From NCBI GenBank assembly GCA_030390025.1, contig CM059434.1, positions 45,649,684-45,696,000 on the forward strand: a stretch of DNA of 46,317 bases, given 5' to 3'. Shown piece by piece: positions 22,880 through 35,499 of this stretch. Under the pieces are notes generated by a model. That model was not told the DNA's origin, made no database searches, and saw nothing but the letters and a program-made list of their open reading frames with translations. The stretch comes from Squalus acanthias (taxonomy: Eukaryota). How positions within the stretch are numbered: the first letter of the stretch is position 1; each line of letters starts with the position of its first letter. A program made the translations under genes and the position numbers.

Positions 22880-23180
22880 CTGGAACTTGCTGTGATTAGA
22901 GTGCCCTCTACAGGGTATCTAGGACCTGTATGAAAAGGACAAGCAACTGTGTATCTCCTTAACCAATCAGATCAAAGAATCGTTAGAGCTGCACAGTCTC
23001 AACCAGGAAGTGTAAGTTTTAATATTTAATTCAATGTCAAATCATGTACATAAAGAATAATAGAGAGGGAAAGAAAGATGGGATTAAGAGACAAAGAAAA
23101 AGTTTTAAAAATTATTTAATTAAAAAAAAAAATCAACAATAATAAAAATTTCAAGGAATGAGACTCTACACTTACAAAAG
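22880..23180 (+). repeat. Internal copy of the dispersed DNA element family
   Basis: Aligns with 45640-45970 (gctgtgattagag..aaccaggaagtgtaagtt..aattcaatgtcaaatc..tgagactc). Confidence 0.7.
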
Positions 23181-23664
23181 CCTTGTTCTTGATTTCTACT
23201 CTTCATGATTTTTTAAAATAACTTACTGACCAGCAATTTGGTAGTTCTTGCAGGACTCCTATTTTCAAGACTGTCCTCATTAGAAAATGTGGAGTTAGTC
23301 TTACAGATGTCCCTGGAATAATCAACTTACTGTACAATCAGTTGCAGCCAATTACTCCGCCACAGGTGACACATGCAGTGCTGCATTCTTTCTTCATTCT
23401 GGCTTCACAGAATGGGCCAATGGTTCTATCCTGTTGCCCTATGTGCCCTATTCCATTTTACAAGTATGATAATGATGTGGAAATCACTACTGAGAGATTA
23501 CACATTAGCCACAACCTGAAATAATTACTTATTAGATAACTCAGTTACTGTATGATAACAGCAACAACTTACATTTCTATAGAATCTTTAACATAGTAAA
23601 ATGTCCCAAGGTGCTTCATAGGCGTGTTCATTGAGCCACATGAGATATTAGGACAATTCTGCCA

Positions 23665-23885
23665 GTGCCATTTACACTTCATCTAGTCATCTTTTGTTTG
23701 TTAATGTGTCCCATTACCATCTCCTTTTGCCTTGCACCATCTCTTAATCTCTTAATGTCTCTTAATCTCTCCTGCCTTCCATCCTATCACAGACCTTCCC
23801 TTTTGTTCTTTCCTCCCTCCCCCTCCCCTTTCCCTGCACTTGCTTAAAAACCTGTTCCATCTCCAGCTTTTTCCAGTTCTGACAA
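23665..23885 (+). mobile_element. Penelope-like 3' region fragment
   Basis: Reverse complement of about 14320-14480. Ends at ttccagttctgac, where the CR1 begins. Confidence 0.6.
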
Positions 23886-23894
23886 AGTATGTAA

Positions 23895-25652
23895 AAAGAA
23901 AAAGATTCGTGAAGACAAATGTAGACTTTATAATGGGGAACAAGGAAATGGCAGAGCAATTAAACAAATACTTTAGTTCTGTCTTCACGGAAGAGAAATG
24001 CTAGGGAACCAAGGGTCTAGTGAGAAGGAGGAATTAAAGGAAATTAGTATTAGTAAAAAAAAATAGTGCTGGAGAAATTAATGGGACTGAAAGCTAATAA
24101 ATCCCCAGGCCCTGATAATCTGCATCCCAGAGTACTAAAAGAGGTAGCCATGGAAATAATGGATGCATTGGTTGTCATCTTCCAAAATTTGATAGATTAT
24201 GGAACAGTTCCTGCAGATTGGAGGGTGGCAAATGTAACCCCACTATTTAAAAAAAGGAGGGAGAGAAAACGGAACTACAGACCGGTTAGCCTAACATCAG
24301 TAGTAGGGAAAATGCTAGAGTCTATTATAAAGGATCTGATAACAGGACACTTAGAAAATATCAACGGGATTAGACAAAGTCAACATGGATTTATGAAAGG
24401 GAAATCGTGTTTGACAAACCTACTGGAGTTTTTTGAGGTTGTAACTGGTAGAATAGACAGGGGAGAACCAGTGGATGTGGTGTATTTGGATTTTCAGAAG
24501 GCCTTTGATAAAGTCCCACAAGAGGTTAGTGTGCAAACTTAAAGCACATGGGATTGGGGGTAATATACTGGCATAGATTGAAAATTGGTTAACAGACAGG
24601 AAACAGAGAGTAGGAATAAATAGGTCTTTTTCAGGGTGGCAGGCGGTGACTAGTGGGGGACCGCAGGGATCAGTGCTTGGGCCCCAGCTATTCACAATAT
24701 ATATCAATGATTTGGATGAGGGAACCAAATGTAATATTTCCAAGTTTGCTGACGACACAAAACTAGGTGCAGTTGTGAGGAGGATGCAAAGAGGCTTCAA
24801 GGCGATTTAGACAAGTTGAGTGAGTGGGCAAATGCATAGCAGATGCAGTATAACATGGATAAATGTGAAGTTATCCACTTCGGTAGGAAAAACAGAAAGG
24901 CAGAGTATTATTTAAATAGTGATAGATTGGGAAATGTTGATGTACAAAGGGACCTGGGTGTCCTTGTACACCAGTCACTGAAAGCAAACATGCAGGTGCA
25001 GCAAGCAGTTAGGAAGGCAAATGGTATGTTGGCCTTCATTGCAAGAGGATTTGAGTACAGGAGCAAGGATGTCTTACTACAGTTGTACAGGGCCTTGGTG
25101 AGACCACACCTGGAGTATTGTGTGCAGTTTTGGTCTCCTTACCTAAGAAAGGATATACTTGCCATAGAGGGAGTGCAGCGAAGGTCCACCAGACTGATTC
25201 CTGATGGCAGGACTGTCGTATGAGGAGAGATTGGGTTGACCAGGCCTGTATTCACTAGAGTTTAGAAGAATCAGAAGGGATCTCGTGGAAACGTATAAAA
25301 TTCTGACAAGGCTAGACAGACTGGATGCAGGGAGGATGTTTCCCCCGGCTGGGGGGTCTAGAACGGGGGGTCACAGTCTCAGGATACGGGGTAAGACATT
25401 TAGGACTATGAGAAATTTCTTCACTCAGAGGGTGGTGAACCTGTGGAATTCTCTACCACAGACAGCTGTGGAGGCCAAGTCACTGAATATATTTAAGAAG
25501 GAGATGGATAGATTTCTAGACACAAAAGGCATCAAGCGGTATGGGGAGAAAGCGTGAATATGGTATTGAGATAGAGGATCAGCCATGATATTGAAAGGCG
25601 GAGCAGGTTGGAAGGGCCGAATGGCCTATTCCTGCTCCTATTTTTCTATGTT
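23895..25652 (+). mobile_element. CR1-like LINE, 5'-truncated and frameshifted
   Basis: ORF pieces 24066-24542, 24843-25223 and 25285-25557 are homologous to the 508-aa ORF. 3' tail ends in ttctatgtttc. Confidence 0.93.
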
Positions 25653-26675
25653 TCCTGCACCCCCTTTAGAATTGTACCCTTTAGTTTACATTACCTCCTT
25701 GTTCTTCCTATCAAAATGTATCATTTCACACTTCTAGTTTATATTGCCTCTCCTTGTTCTTCCTACCAAAATGTATCACTTTGCACTTTTCTGCGTTAAA
25801 TTTAATCTGCCGGGTGTCCGCCCATTCCACCAGCCTGTCTATGTCCTCTTGAAGTCTATCACTATCCTCCTCACTGTTCACTCTCACTTCCAAGTTTTGT
25901 CATCTGAAATTTTTGAAATTGTGCCCTGTACACCCAAGCCCAAGTCATTAATATATATCAAGAAAAGCAGTGGTCCTAGTATCGACCCCTGGGGAACACC
26001 TTCCTCCAGTCCAAAAAACAACCGTTCACCACGACTCTCTGTTTCATGTCACTTAGCCAATTTTGTATCCATGCTGCCTCTGTCCCTTTTATTTCATGGG
26101 CTTCAACTTTGCTGGCAAGCCTATTATGTGACACTTTATCAAATGCCTTTTGGAAGTCCATGTACACCATATCAACTGCATTGCCCTCATCTGTTACCTT
26201 ATCAAAAAACTCAATCAAGTTAGTTAAACACAATTTGCCTTTAACAAATGCATGCTGGCTTTCCTTAATTAATCCACACTTATCCAAGTGACTGTTAATT
26301 TTGTCCCGGATTATCGTTTCTTAACACTTCCCCACCACCAAGGTTAAACTGACTGACCTGTAGTTGCTGGGTTTATCCTTGCACCTTTTTTGTACAAGGT
26401 GTAACATTTGCAATTCTCCAGTCCTCTGGCACCACCCCTGTATCTAAGGAGGATTGGAAGATTATGGCCAGTACCTCTGCAATTTCCACCTTTACTTCCC
26501 TCAGCATCCTAGGATGCATCCCATCCGGTCCTGGTGTCTTATCTACTTTAAGTACAGCCAGCCTTTCTAGTACCTCCTCTTTATCAATTTTTAGCTCATC
26601 CAGTATCTCAACTACCTCCTCTTTCACTATGACTTTGGCAGCATCTTCTTCCTTGGTAAAGACAGATGCAAAGTA
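25653..26675 (-). mobile_element. CR1-like LINE RT fragment
   Basis: KTPGPDGMHPR and YMDFQKAFDKV peptides, with a tandem duplication of about 55 bp at 25680-25790. Confidence 0.88.
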
Positions 26676-27159
26676 GAGAGAGGTGAAGAGGTTTAGGGAG
26701 GGAATTCCAGAGCTTAGGGCCGAGGCAGCTGAAGGCACGGCCGCCAATGGTACAGCGATTAAAATCGGGAATGCGCAATAGGCCAGAATTAGAGGAGTGC
26801 AGAGATCTTGGAGCGTTGTAGGGCTGAAGGAGGTTACAGAGTAGGAAGAAGCAGATGAGTTGGCAACATCCCATGTGTGGTGTTAATAGCAGATTGCCAG
26901 AACAATGGAGACACCAAAGCTAACAGATTAGCAACTATTAGCAAGGTCACATTAACTTTCTGGGATTGTCCAGGCCATCTCCTGTTCTTTGTAAATTCAG
27001 ACAAGAAACATTAGGTTAAATTGATTAGCAGTTAAACCAAGATAGCCATTATGTCAAGGTCTGGAAGTTTGGTGAGAAGGAACCTCGCTTCAATATACAT
27101 TCTGGGCATTGTGTGATATGACTCACCTTAAAAGTCCAACACCTATGGAAGCCAATCTT

Positions 27160-27350
27160 GATCACCTTGGGTCTACCTCTCTCTTCTCCTTTAAGAACCT
27201 CCTGAAAACCCACCTCTTTGGCCAAGCCTTTGATCACCAATCCTAATATCCCCTTCTTTGACTCTGTGTACATTTGTACCTGATCTCGCCTTTGTGAAGC
27301 ACCTTGGGGTGTTTTTCCACGTTAATGGTGCTATACAAATGCAAGTTATT
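27160..27350 (+). mobile_element. L2-like 3' end
   Basis: ctcctgaaaacccacctctttg..gtgaagcaccttggg..ggtgctatacaaatgcaagtt tail. Confidence 0.6.
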
Positions 27351-27437
27351 CTGAATAAACAGTAAGTCCAAACAGTTATATGGTAAATAGCCCTTACCCT
27401 GCTGAATAAACTCTATCTGCAAGCCCCACCCCACCCC

Positions 27438-27602
27438 ACACACAGATACACACTCACTCACACACGCAGATACACACACCACAGATACACAGACAGATAC
27501 ACACTCGCACACCATATAGACACACACACAGACTCAGTCACAGACACACACCACACAGACGCACCACACTCACAGACACACCACACTCACAGACACACAC
27601 GC
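27438..27602. repeat. Imperfect (CA)n-rich simple repeat
   Basis: Read directly from the sequence. Confidence 0.85.
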
Positions 27603-28840
27603 ACTGTTCACTCCGCCCTCTTGAGCTCTTGTGAACATATTGCCACTTTTAGAAGGTCCATTAGAGAGGAAAAAAGGACCGGGCAGAGGAGCGTGTGAGA
27701 GACTAACTTCCATTCCCAAGTACCGTCCTTTAAACTTCACCTCCCTCTTAAGTTTGGGCCAAAGTCTCTCTCACAGGGCAATTGTTTCTCATACAGAAGA
27801 ATCAAATACCCACATCGCACTGCCTGGAAAGACCATAACGTTCATCGACTCTCGGCAGGCACAATAAACACTAGCCCTGCTTGCAACATCTGCTGCCAAC
27901 TTTCATCTGAGCTAAACTGAGGCCAGATAATCTCCAGATGAAGGGGTTGTCATAGAAACCATGCTGTGGTTGGTATAACACACCAAGCAGCAGCGGTCAA
28001 GTGGTTTTGAGCCTGGAAGCCTAGTGCGCTGAGGTACACAGCAGACAACGGGCAGTCAACGAACCGTGTACTTTTAACTAGTGCCTCGCTCACCAGGCGC
28101 AAATCTGAAATCGATCAATCAGAGAACTCAATCCTGTGGGTCCGGCTGGTTTTCCTTTTAAGCTGCCGGGTGCAGAGTGTCAATGAAATAAAGTGAAACT
28201 CCTTGGAAAAGATTCAAAATTCTTCTGTGAAAGACGATGGCAGATGGATTGTGCCGCCACTATCCTGAGGAGGAGGGGTAACGGAATCTGCAAAAGAACT
28301 CGAGTGACTCCGTTCTCCGATAACTCGCCGCTCGTTTACAAAAAAGATACAACAGGATCAGCGAACGATGCCTGGGCTTTACGGAGCGATTTTGTGAAGA
28401 TGCGAGATTCTTGCAGAATGAAATTGCAGGTCACGTCATCGCAGCACGTTACTTCAGTGCCAGGGGTCCGGAAGGCTTGAGGAAGGCAAGGTCACTCTGG
28501 TGAGGAGTACTGGCATTCTGAAATCCTTACTTATGTTTTTGTCATCTATAGATTTCTATAGATTTCTGGCCTCCCGTTCTGCACCTGCCATAACCTCCAA
28601 TGTGTCCAACGCACAACTGACCCATAATCTATGCTACACTAAGTCCCACATATCCATCACCCATTATTGCTGACCTACAGACTCCCTGTCCAAGATATCA
28701 AATCTAAACGCCTTGTCCTTGGTTTCAAATCTCTTCAGGCCTTGCCACATCCTATCTCTACAACTTCCTCCAGCCTCGTATCATCAACCCTCCCATAACT
28801 TCAATCCTCTGACTTAGGCCTTTTGCAGAGGATCGAAGGA

Positions 28841-29897
28841 TGTGGGAGAGGGGGTGGAGTGTGTGGGAGAGGGGGTGGAGTGTGGGGGAGAGGGGGTGGA
28901 GTGTGTGGGAGAGGGGGTGGAGTGTGGGAGAGGGGGTGGAGTGTGGGGGGGGGGGTGGAGTGTGTGGGAGAGGGGGTGGAGTGTGGGGGGGGGAGGGGGT
29001 GGAGTGTGTGGGAGAGGGGGTGGAGTGTGTGGGAGGGGGGTGGAGTGTGGGAGAGGGGGTGGAGTGTGTGGGAGAGGGGGTGGAGTGTGTGGGAGAGGGG
29101 GTGGAATGTGTGGGAGAGGGGGTGGAGTGTGTGGGAGAGGGGGTGGAGTGTGGGGGGGTGGAGTGTGTGTGGGGGGGTGGAGTGTGTGGGAGAGGGGGTG
29201 GAGTGTGTGGGAGAGGGGGTGGAGTGTGGGGGAGAGGGGGTGGAGTGTGAGGGAGAGGGGGTGGAGTGTGGGGGGGGTGGAGTGTGGGGGGGGGGTGGAG
29301 TGTGTGGGAGAGGGGGTGGAGTGTGGGAGAGGGGGTGGAGTGTGGGGGGGAGGGGGTGGAGTGTGTGGGAGAGGGGGTGGAGTGTGGGGGGGTGGAGTGT
29401 GGGGGAGAGGGGGTGGAGTGTGGGGGGGGGTGGAGTGTGGGGGAGAGGGGGTGGAGTGTGGGAGAGGGGGTGGAGTGTGGGGGGGGAGGGGGTGGAGTGT
29501 GTGGGAGAGGGGGTGGAGTGTGTGGGAGAGGGGGTGGAGTGTGTGGGAGAGGGGGTGGAGTGTGGGGGGGGTGGAGTGTGGGGGAGAGGGGGTGGAGTGT
29601 GTGGGAGAGGGGGTGGAGTGTGGGAGAGGGGGTGGAGTGTGGGGGAGAGGGGGTGGAGTGTGGGGGGGGGGAGGGGGTGGAGTGTGTGGGAGAGGGGGTG
29701 GAGTGTGGGGGGGGTGGAGTGTGGGGGAGAGGGGGTGGAGTGTGGGGGGGGGTGGAGTGTGGGGGAGAGGGGGTGGAGTGTGGGAGAGGGGGTGGAGTGT
29801 GGGGGGGGAGGGGGTGGAGTGTGTGGGAGAGGGGGTGGAGTGTGGGGGGGGGGTGGAGTGTGGGGGAGAGGGGGTGGAGTGTGGGGGGGCGGGGGGG
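28841..29897 (+). repeat. G-rich minisatellite, unit ~GGGAGAGGGGGTGGAGTGTGT, about 50 variable units
   Basis: Near-invariant core GGGGGTGGAGTGT with variable G-runs. The + strand is almost C-free. Confidence 0.97.
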
Positions 29898-31819
29898 AAT
29901 TCAAGGCCAGCAGAGGTTTTCCCACAAGTGCAGACAGAGCTGTCAGCTGCCTTAGACTCACCCATGGGGCCTCCCTAAACCCCTTTGCCTCGCAACTTTT
30001 CTTTCCTTTTTAAAAGACTTCTCAAAACCCATCTTTTCCTACAGGCTTTTGATTCCCCCTTCTATTGTCTCCCTCCATGGTTGTGTTCATTTCCCTGTCC
30101 ATTTCCACCTTGGGATTTTTTTTACATTAAAAGTGCTATATAAATGGAAATTGTGTATCCTTTGTAGCATTCTGCAGGGTTTTCTTACAGTATGCAGTAC
30201 CATATATAACCTGACAAAAATATAATTATTTTTCCAAAAGTGTTTTTTTTAATTGCTGTGGGAATGTATTTATAATTTTACTTTTTTTCACCATATTTCC
30301 TCCTCTATCCTCTTCTGGTATAAATTTTCAGTCATTCGGACACCATTGCATGGTCAGCTCTAAGGCAACCTTGCCTCGCCTTTATACACTCCAAACTCCC
30401 TGACCCATTCTTCAGCCTTTTTGCTCTGGCCTCTTGTTCTCCAGGTCACTGCCTGTCTGCTTCCCTCCCCGATGAGCTGCTCCTGATGGGCCTGCTGCTC
30501 CTCTTTAGGTGTACTGCCCATTTGAAGTCACTGCTACTCCCTGATCTGAGTACCACTCCTTGATCCTCAGCCCATTCTTTAGCCTATTGGCTCTGGCCTG
30601 TTTATCCTTTGTATGCTGTTCTTCTTACCCAACTGCTCTCCCTGACTTGTTCTTTGGTCATTTGGCCCTGACCTCTGGTCTTCTTTTAAATCTCACTCCC
30701 CAAATCCTGATCCATTCTTTGGCCCTTCGGCCCTCCCTCATAGTCATGCTCTTCAGATGTAGCCCGTCCATTCCTCACACTCATTACATCACTTTCACTC
30801 CAAGTTCTCTTCTTTCCCTCCTTGCAAAAGAGAGCCCAGAACAACAGGAAGAGGCAACGAACCGGAGGTGGCCCGCCAATGTTCACCAACTTGACTCCAG
30901 CAGAGGAAGAGGCACTTGAAATCACTGGAGTTGCAGAGCTGCTGGCAGTTGAAGACGGAGAGAAGGAACCTCCCAGCAGCCTGGTGAAAAATTAAATCTC
31001 ATACAGCCACATGGCATACAACAGTCACTCATGATGACTTGATGTCAATAGCAAGTGAAATGTCATCATGTGCATAATGGTAACGTTACACATTCTTATC
31101 ATAAGACTTCTAATTCATCTCTTTACTCTCCCACAGATCCATCAAGTGCCCTCCCACCCCACTGTCCAGCCGGAGGAGGAAGATGACTCCTCAGAGGAAG
31201 CTCCACTCCTTGAGAGTGCACCGTCACCAGACCCATGTGCACCCAGCACCAGCGCAGATATGCATACCTCGGTGGGTGCAGCGAGACATAGAGCACTGTT
31301 GTTACCTGGTATCTCACAGATCACAAGTGAGCAAGAGCAGATGATGGCGACAGGGACAGCATGGAGAGACCTCGCCGGAGGGTGCAGGACACTCCCAGCT
31401 CTGCTGAGCTGTATGCAGATGCTGAACCTTGGGGGCCATCGAGAAAGAGGGTGATCTTGGAGGAGCAGCAACAAATGCGTGAGGCTCTGACAGCTTTTGT
31501 AGCCACGATGTGTGCGACTGTACAGAGAATGGAGGAGTCCATCTCCAACATGAGCACCACCATCTCGCAGGCGATGGCGACGAAGTGCTGTTCCATGGAA
31601 AGGATGGCCACCTGCATGGAGCAGCAAATGCGCCAGTCGAACGAGAACATGCTTGCTGTGAACAACAGATTGCAGACACTCATTGACCTCATCTCGAAGA
31701 GAGATACGAAGGTAGACTTGGATGTTCATCGCCCCACTGGTTGTGCAGCAAGGTGCTCTCTAGCAGGGAAGTGCGGGTGGCCTATGAGCGGGATGATGGT
31801 GAGAGGGGACATGGAAGCT

Positions 31820-31980
31820 GTTGTTTCGTATGATGAGAAAAGCTTATAATGGGATGTCTAGTTTGGCTATCCATTCGATGGCTTCCTGAGATGCTGTGAG
31901 GAGAAATGAGGTGCCTCCCGCAACAGATCTTAGAGGGCAGGTTGATGTGATGTGTTCCATGGTCTGGGACTCATGACATC
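31820..31980 (-). mobile_element. Short 3' end of an RTE-X-like LINE
   Basis: QTMEHITSTCPLR..EAIEWIAKLDIPL-stop followed by tail CATACGAAACAAC. Clade assigned from recalled motif similarity. Confidence 0.55.
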
Positions 31981-31984
31981 TAAT

Positions 31985-33002
31985 GACGATTATTCTAGAG
32001 TCCCTAGAGTGCGTACTGAAGGGCTCCTCCAGATCTGTCAAGGTATCTGAAGCGCATCTTCAGCATACCTATTGTTTACTCTATGTCACGTCTGGTGAAC
32101 ATGTGGCTCTCATTATAATGTTCCTGGGCCTCAGTACTTGGCCTCCTCAAGGGTGTCATGAGCCACGTCTTCAGTGGATAGCCCTCATCTACAAGCAGCC
32201 AGCCGGTAAGTCTGTTTGGAGTTGCGAAGAGCTGAGGGAGGGTGGACTGGCGCAGCAAGAAAGAGTCATGGCAGCTGCCAGGGAATCTGGCGCACACATG
32301 CATGATGATCTTTTTATGGTTGCAGATGAGCTGATCATTGAGGGAGTGGAAGCCCTTGTGGTTCACAAACATTCTTGGGTGATGTGGGGGTGCCTTGATG
32401 GCCACATGTGTACAGTCAATGACGCCCTGCACCTGCGGGAAGCCAGCCAGAGCCGCAAAGCCGAGCAGCAGCTCAGTAACACTGGCTTCATCAGTGGCAA
32501 AGTTCACATAATTGGCTGACTTGTGAAACATGGCATCGGTCACCTGGGTGATGCATCTATGGACGGCCGACTGTGAGATCCTGCAAATGTCTGCTGCAGA
32601 TCCCTGGAAGGAGCCTGAGGTGAAGAAGTTGAGGGCGGTGGTGACTTTGACAGCCACTGGTAAGGCTTGTTCACCAAGTCCTCTGGGCAGCAGGTCTTCT
32701 TCCAGCAAGGTACAAATGTCTGCGACCACCTGGTGCGATAGCCTGAGCCCCCTGAAGCACTGCTGCTCAGTCATGTCCAGGAAGCTCATCCTCTGCCTGT
32801 ATACCCTGTCTTGGGGATATTGCCTCTGGCACGGTGCATCCCTGTGCTGATCCCCTCTCTCCTGTGGAGCACCAGGTCGGTGAGGAGAAGGCTGCTGGTG
32901 TTGCTGCTGCTGCTGCTGGTGTTGCTGCTGGTGTTGTTGGTGCTGGGGCTCATCTTGGTCCAATTCTGAGGTCCAAGGTGAGACAGCATAAGTGGCACCC
33001 AT
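31985..33002 (-). pseudogene. Harbinger (HARBI1-like) transposase pseudogene
   Basis: [23 protein letters not shown] and IE motifs. In-frame TAA at 32076-32078, after which homology continues (TIGMLKMRFRYLDRSGGALQY). N-terminal poly-Q/H tract. Confidence 0.9.
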
Positions 33003-33664
33003 GCTGATCTAATAGATGCCAGGTAAAGTGGAGATCAGAGGCACAATCCTCCAATGTGGTGAGAGTGGCTTCCGAGGTTGCAGAAATCACCTGAAAACTT
33101 CTGACAGCTAAATCTCTGCACAAAATGGTGTCAGCCAGAGCCTTTCCCTTAGGCAAGGAAGCAGGTGTAAGGTGTGAGTATTTATATGCTTTTCCAGCTG
33201 TCACTTCATGAACTCGCACAATGGCCACTGAGCTTCCGCCTACCCTTCACAGGCGACGTTCCCGAGGTGCGTGAATCCCGTGCGCAACCAGTTAATGTCC
33301 AAACCTGACGTTAAAAGGCAGTTAAGAGTCTGAAAATGAGCAGTTAATGACCTCAATGAGGTCGCCCGCCTCTCCCGAGTGGGTCTGTGGCGTGCCTCGA
33401 AACGCGCCCGAGTTAAAGGCGGAAGTCGTCGGGATAATGACGGGTTCCGGACACGCTGTCAATTTCCGACCCACCCTCAACCTACACACTCTCCAATGTG
33501 AAAATTCCGGCCATGGATTCATAAAAGGTATGTTTCTGTTTTTCTTAATTTGTTGATTCACTGATGTGCCCAATGCCTGGTGCTGTTTATTAATTTACTG
33601 GTACCTGCTCCTCTTTATTTTCCATTCACTGCTGCCTGTTGCTCTATGGATGTATTGATTCACT

Positions 33665-35435
33665 GATGGATGGGGCTATATTGATTTTCGGAAGGCGTTT
33701 GACAAAGTACCACATAGAAGGCTGGTTAACAAAATTGAGGTGTTATATGCTTAGAGGTGTAGGGCAAGGCTAGAATACTCAATGAGTACTTTGTACTAAG
33801 GAGATGGATGCTGACAAAATATCGGTAGCAGTGGAAAAGGTCGAAGCAATGGAAGGGGTGAAAATTGATAGAAAGGCTGGGTATGCTTAGAGTGGATAAG
33901 TCGCCTGGTCCAGATGGCTTGCATCCCAGATTGCTAAGGGAATTGGGGGAGAAGATAGCGGAAGGGCTTGCCATAATTTTCCAATCTTCCCTAGATGCGG
34001 GGGAGGTGCCTGAGGATTGGAAAGTGGCAAATGTGACACCATTGTTCAAGAAAGGGTGTAAGGATAATCCTAGTAACTATAGGCCAGTCAGTTTAACATC
34101 AGTGGTGGGTAAAGTTATAGAAACAATAATCAAGGAAAAAATTAACGGGCACTTGGAGAGGTTTAAGCTAATTAAGGAGAGCCAACACGGATTTGTAAAA
34201 GGCAGATCATGTTTGACTAATCTAATTGAATTTTTTGATGAAGTAACAGGGAGGATCAATGAAGGGAATGCAATGGATGTTGTCTACATGGATTTTAGGA
34301 AGGCGTTTAACAAAGTACCACAGAGAAGGCTGGTTAACAAAATTGAGGCTCACAGAATAGGTGGGTCAGTTGCAGCTTGGATAAGGAATTGGCTTAAGGA
34401 CAGAAAACAGTGAGTTGTGGTAAATGGCTGTTTTTCAGACTGGAGGATGGTAGACAGTGGTGTTCCCCAAGGGTCAGTGCTGGGGCCACTGCTTTTTTGA
34501 TATATATAAATGACCTGGATATTGGAATACAAAGTAGAATTTCTAAATTTGCCGATGACACCAAACTTGGGGGTGTGGCAAACAGTGAGGATGATACCAA
34601 TCGACTAGAAAGGCTAGCAGAATGGGCAGACAAGTGGCAGATGGAATTTAATACAGAGAAGTGTGAGGTGATGCATTTTGGCAGAAGGAACAGGGAGAGG
34701 TAATATACACTTAATGGCAGTTTTAAAGAGTATGCAGGGACAGAGGGACCTGGAGGTAATGTGCATAGGTCCCTGAAGGTGGCAGGATATATTGAGAGAG
34801 TGGTCAGCAAAGCATATGGGATCTTGGGTTTCATAAATAGAGGTATTGAGTACAAAAGTAGAGAAGTTATGCTGAACCTTTATAAAGCACTGGTTAGGCC
34901 ACAACTGGAGTATTGCGTCCAGTTCTGGTCACCACACTTTAGGAAGAATGTGAAGGCCCTTGAGAGGGTGCAGAGATTTACCAGAATGGTTCCGGGGATG
35001 GGGGATCTTAGCTACAAGGACAGGCTGGAGAAGCTGGATTTGTTTTCATTAGAGCAAAGGAGGTTGAGGGGTGATTTGATAGAGGTGTACAAGATTATGA
35101 CGGGTTTGGATAGGCTGGACGGGGAAAGGCTGTTCCCACTAGTTGATGGTACAAGGACTAGGGGACACAGATTTAAGGTTTTGGGCAAGAGATACAGGGG
35201 GGATGTGAGGAAAAACTTTTTTCCAGGTGAGGACCTGGAACTCGCTGCCGACGGAAGTGGTGGAAGTGGAGACACTCAATGTTTTCAAGGGGAGACTGGA
35301 TAGGCACTTGAGGGAAATAAACTTGCTGTGCTACGGGGATAGAGCGGGGGAATGGGACTGACTGGATTGCTCTACAGAGAGCCGGCACGGACTCGATGGG
35401 CCGAATGGCCTCCTTATGTGCCGTTATGACTCTAT
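33665..35435 (+). mobile_element. CR1-like LINE, 5'-truncated and frameshifted
   Basis: ORF pieces 33865-34413, 34410-34703 and 34761-35303 with RT motifs. 3' tail at about 35340-35435. Confidence 0.93.
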
Positions 35436-35499
35436 ATTAATTCACTGGTTCTCTCTTAGCTTCTTTTGAAGCAACAATCTAATTCCTTTTTAAAAGAAT

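Larger units (their letters stand above)
30780..33512. mobile_element. Defective PIF/Harbinger transposon: Myb/SANT-like gene remnant (+) convergent with DDE transposase (-)
   Basis: The + strand encodes KRAQNNRKRQRTGGGPPMFTNLTPAEEEALEI (from about 30828) and a coiled-coil exon (31137-31820). The transposase is at 32076-33002 (-). Right end is AAAATTCCGGCC followed by ATG. No left end was found. Confidence 0.85.

Noticed and set aside
28801-30013. Six long Pro/His- or Gly/Val/Trp-rich ORFs (up to 396 aa)
   Set aside because: They are translations of a stop-free minisatellite on both strands, with no evidence of coding function.
32076-33002. Possible domesticated HARBI1 gene
   Set aside because: It has a premature stop, a truncated C-terminus, and an adjacent Myb-like partner and TIR, so it is a transposon copy.
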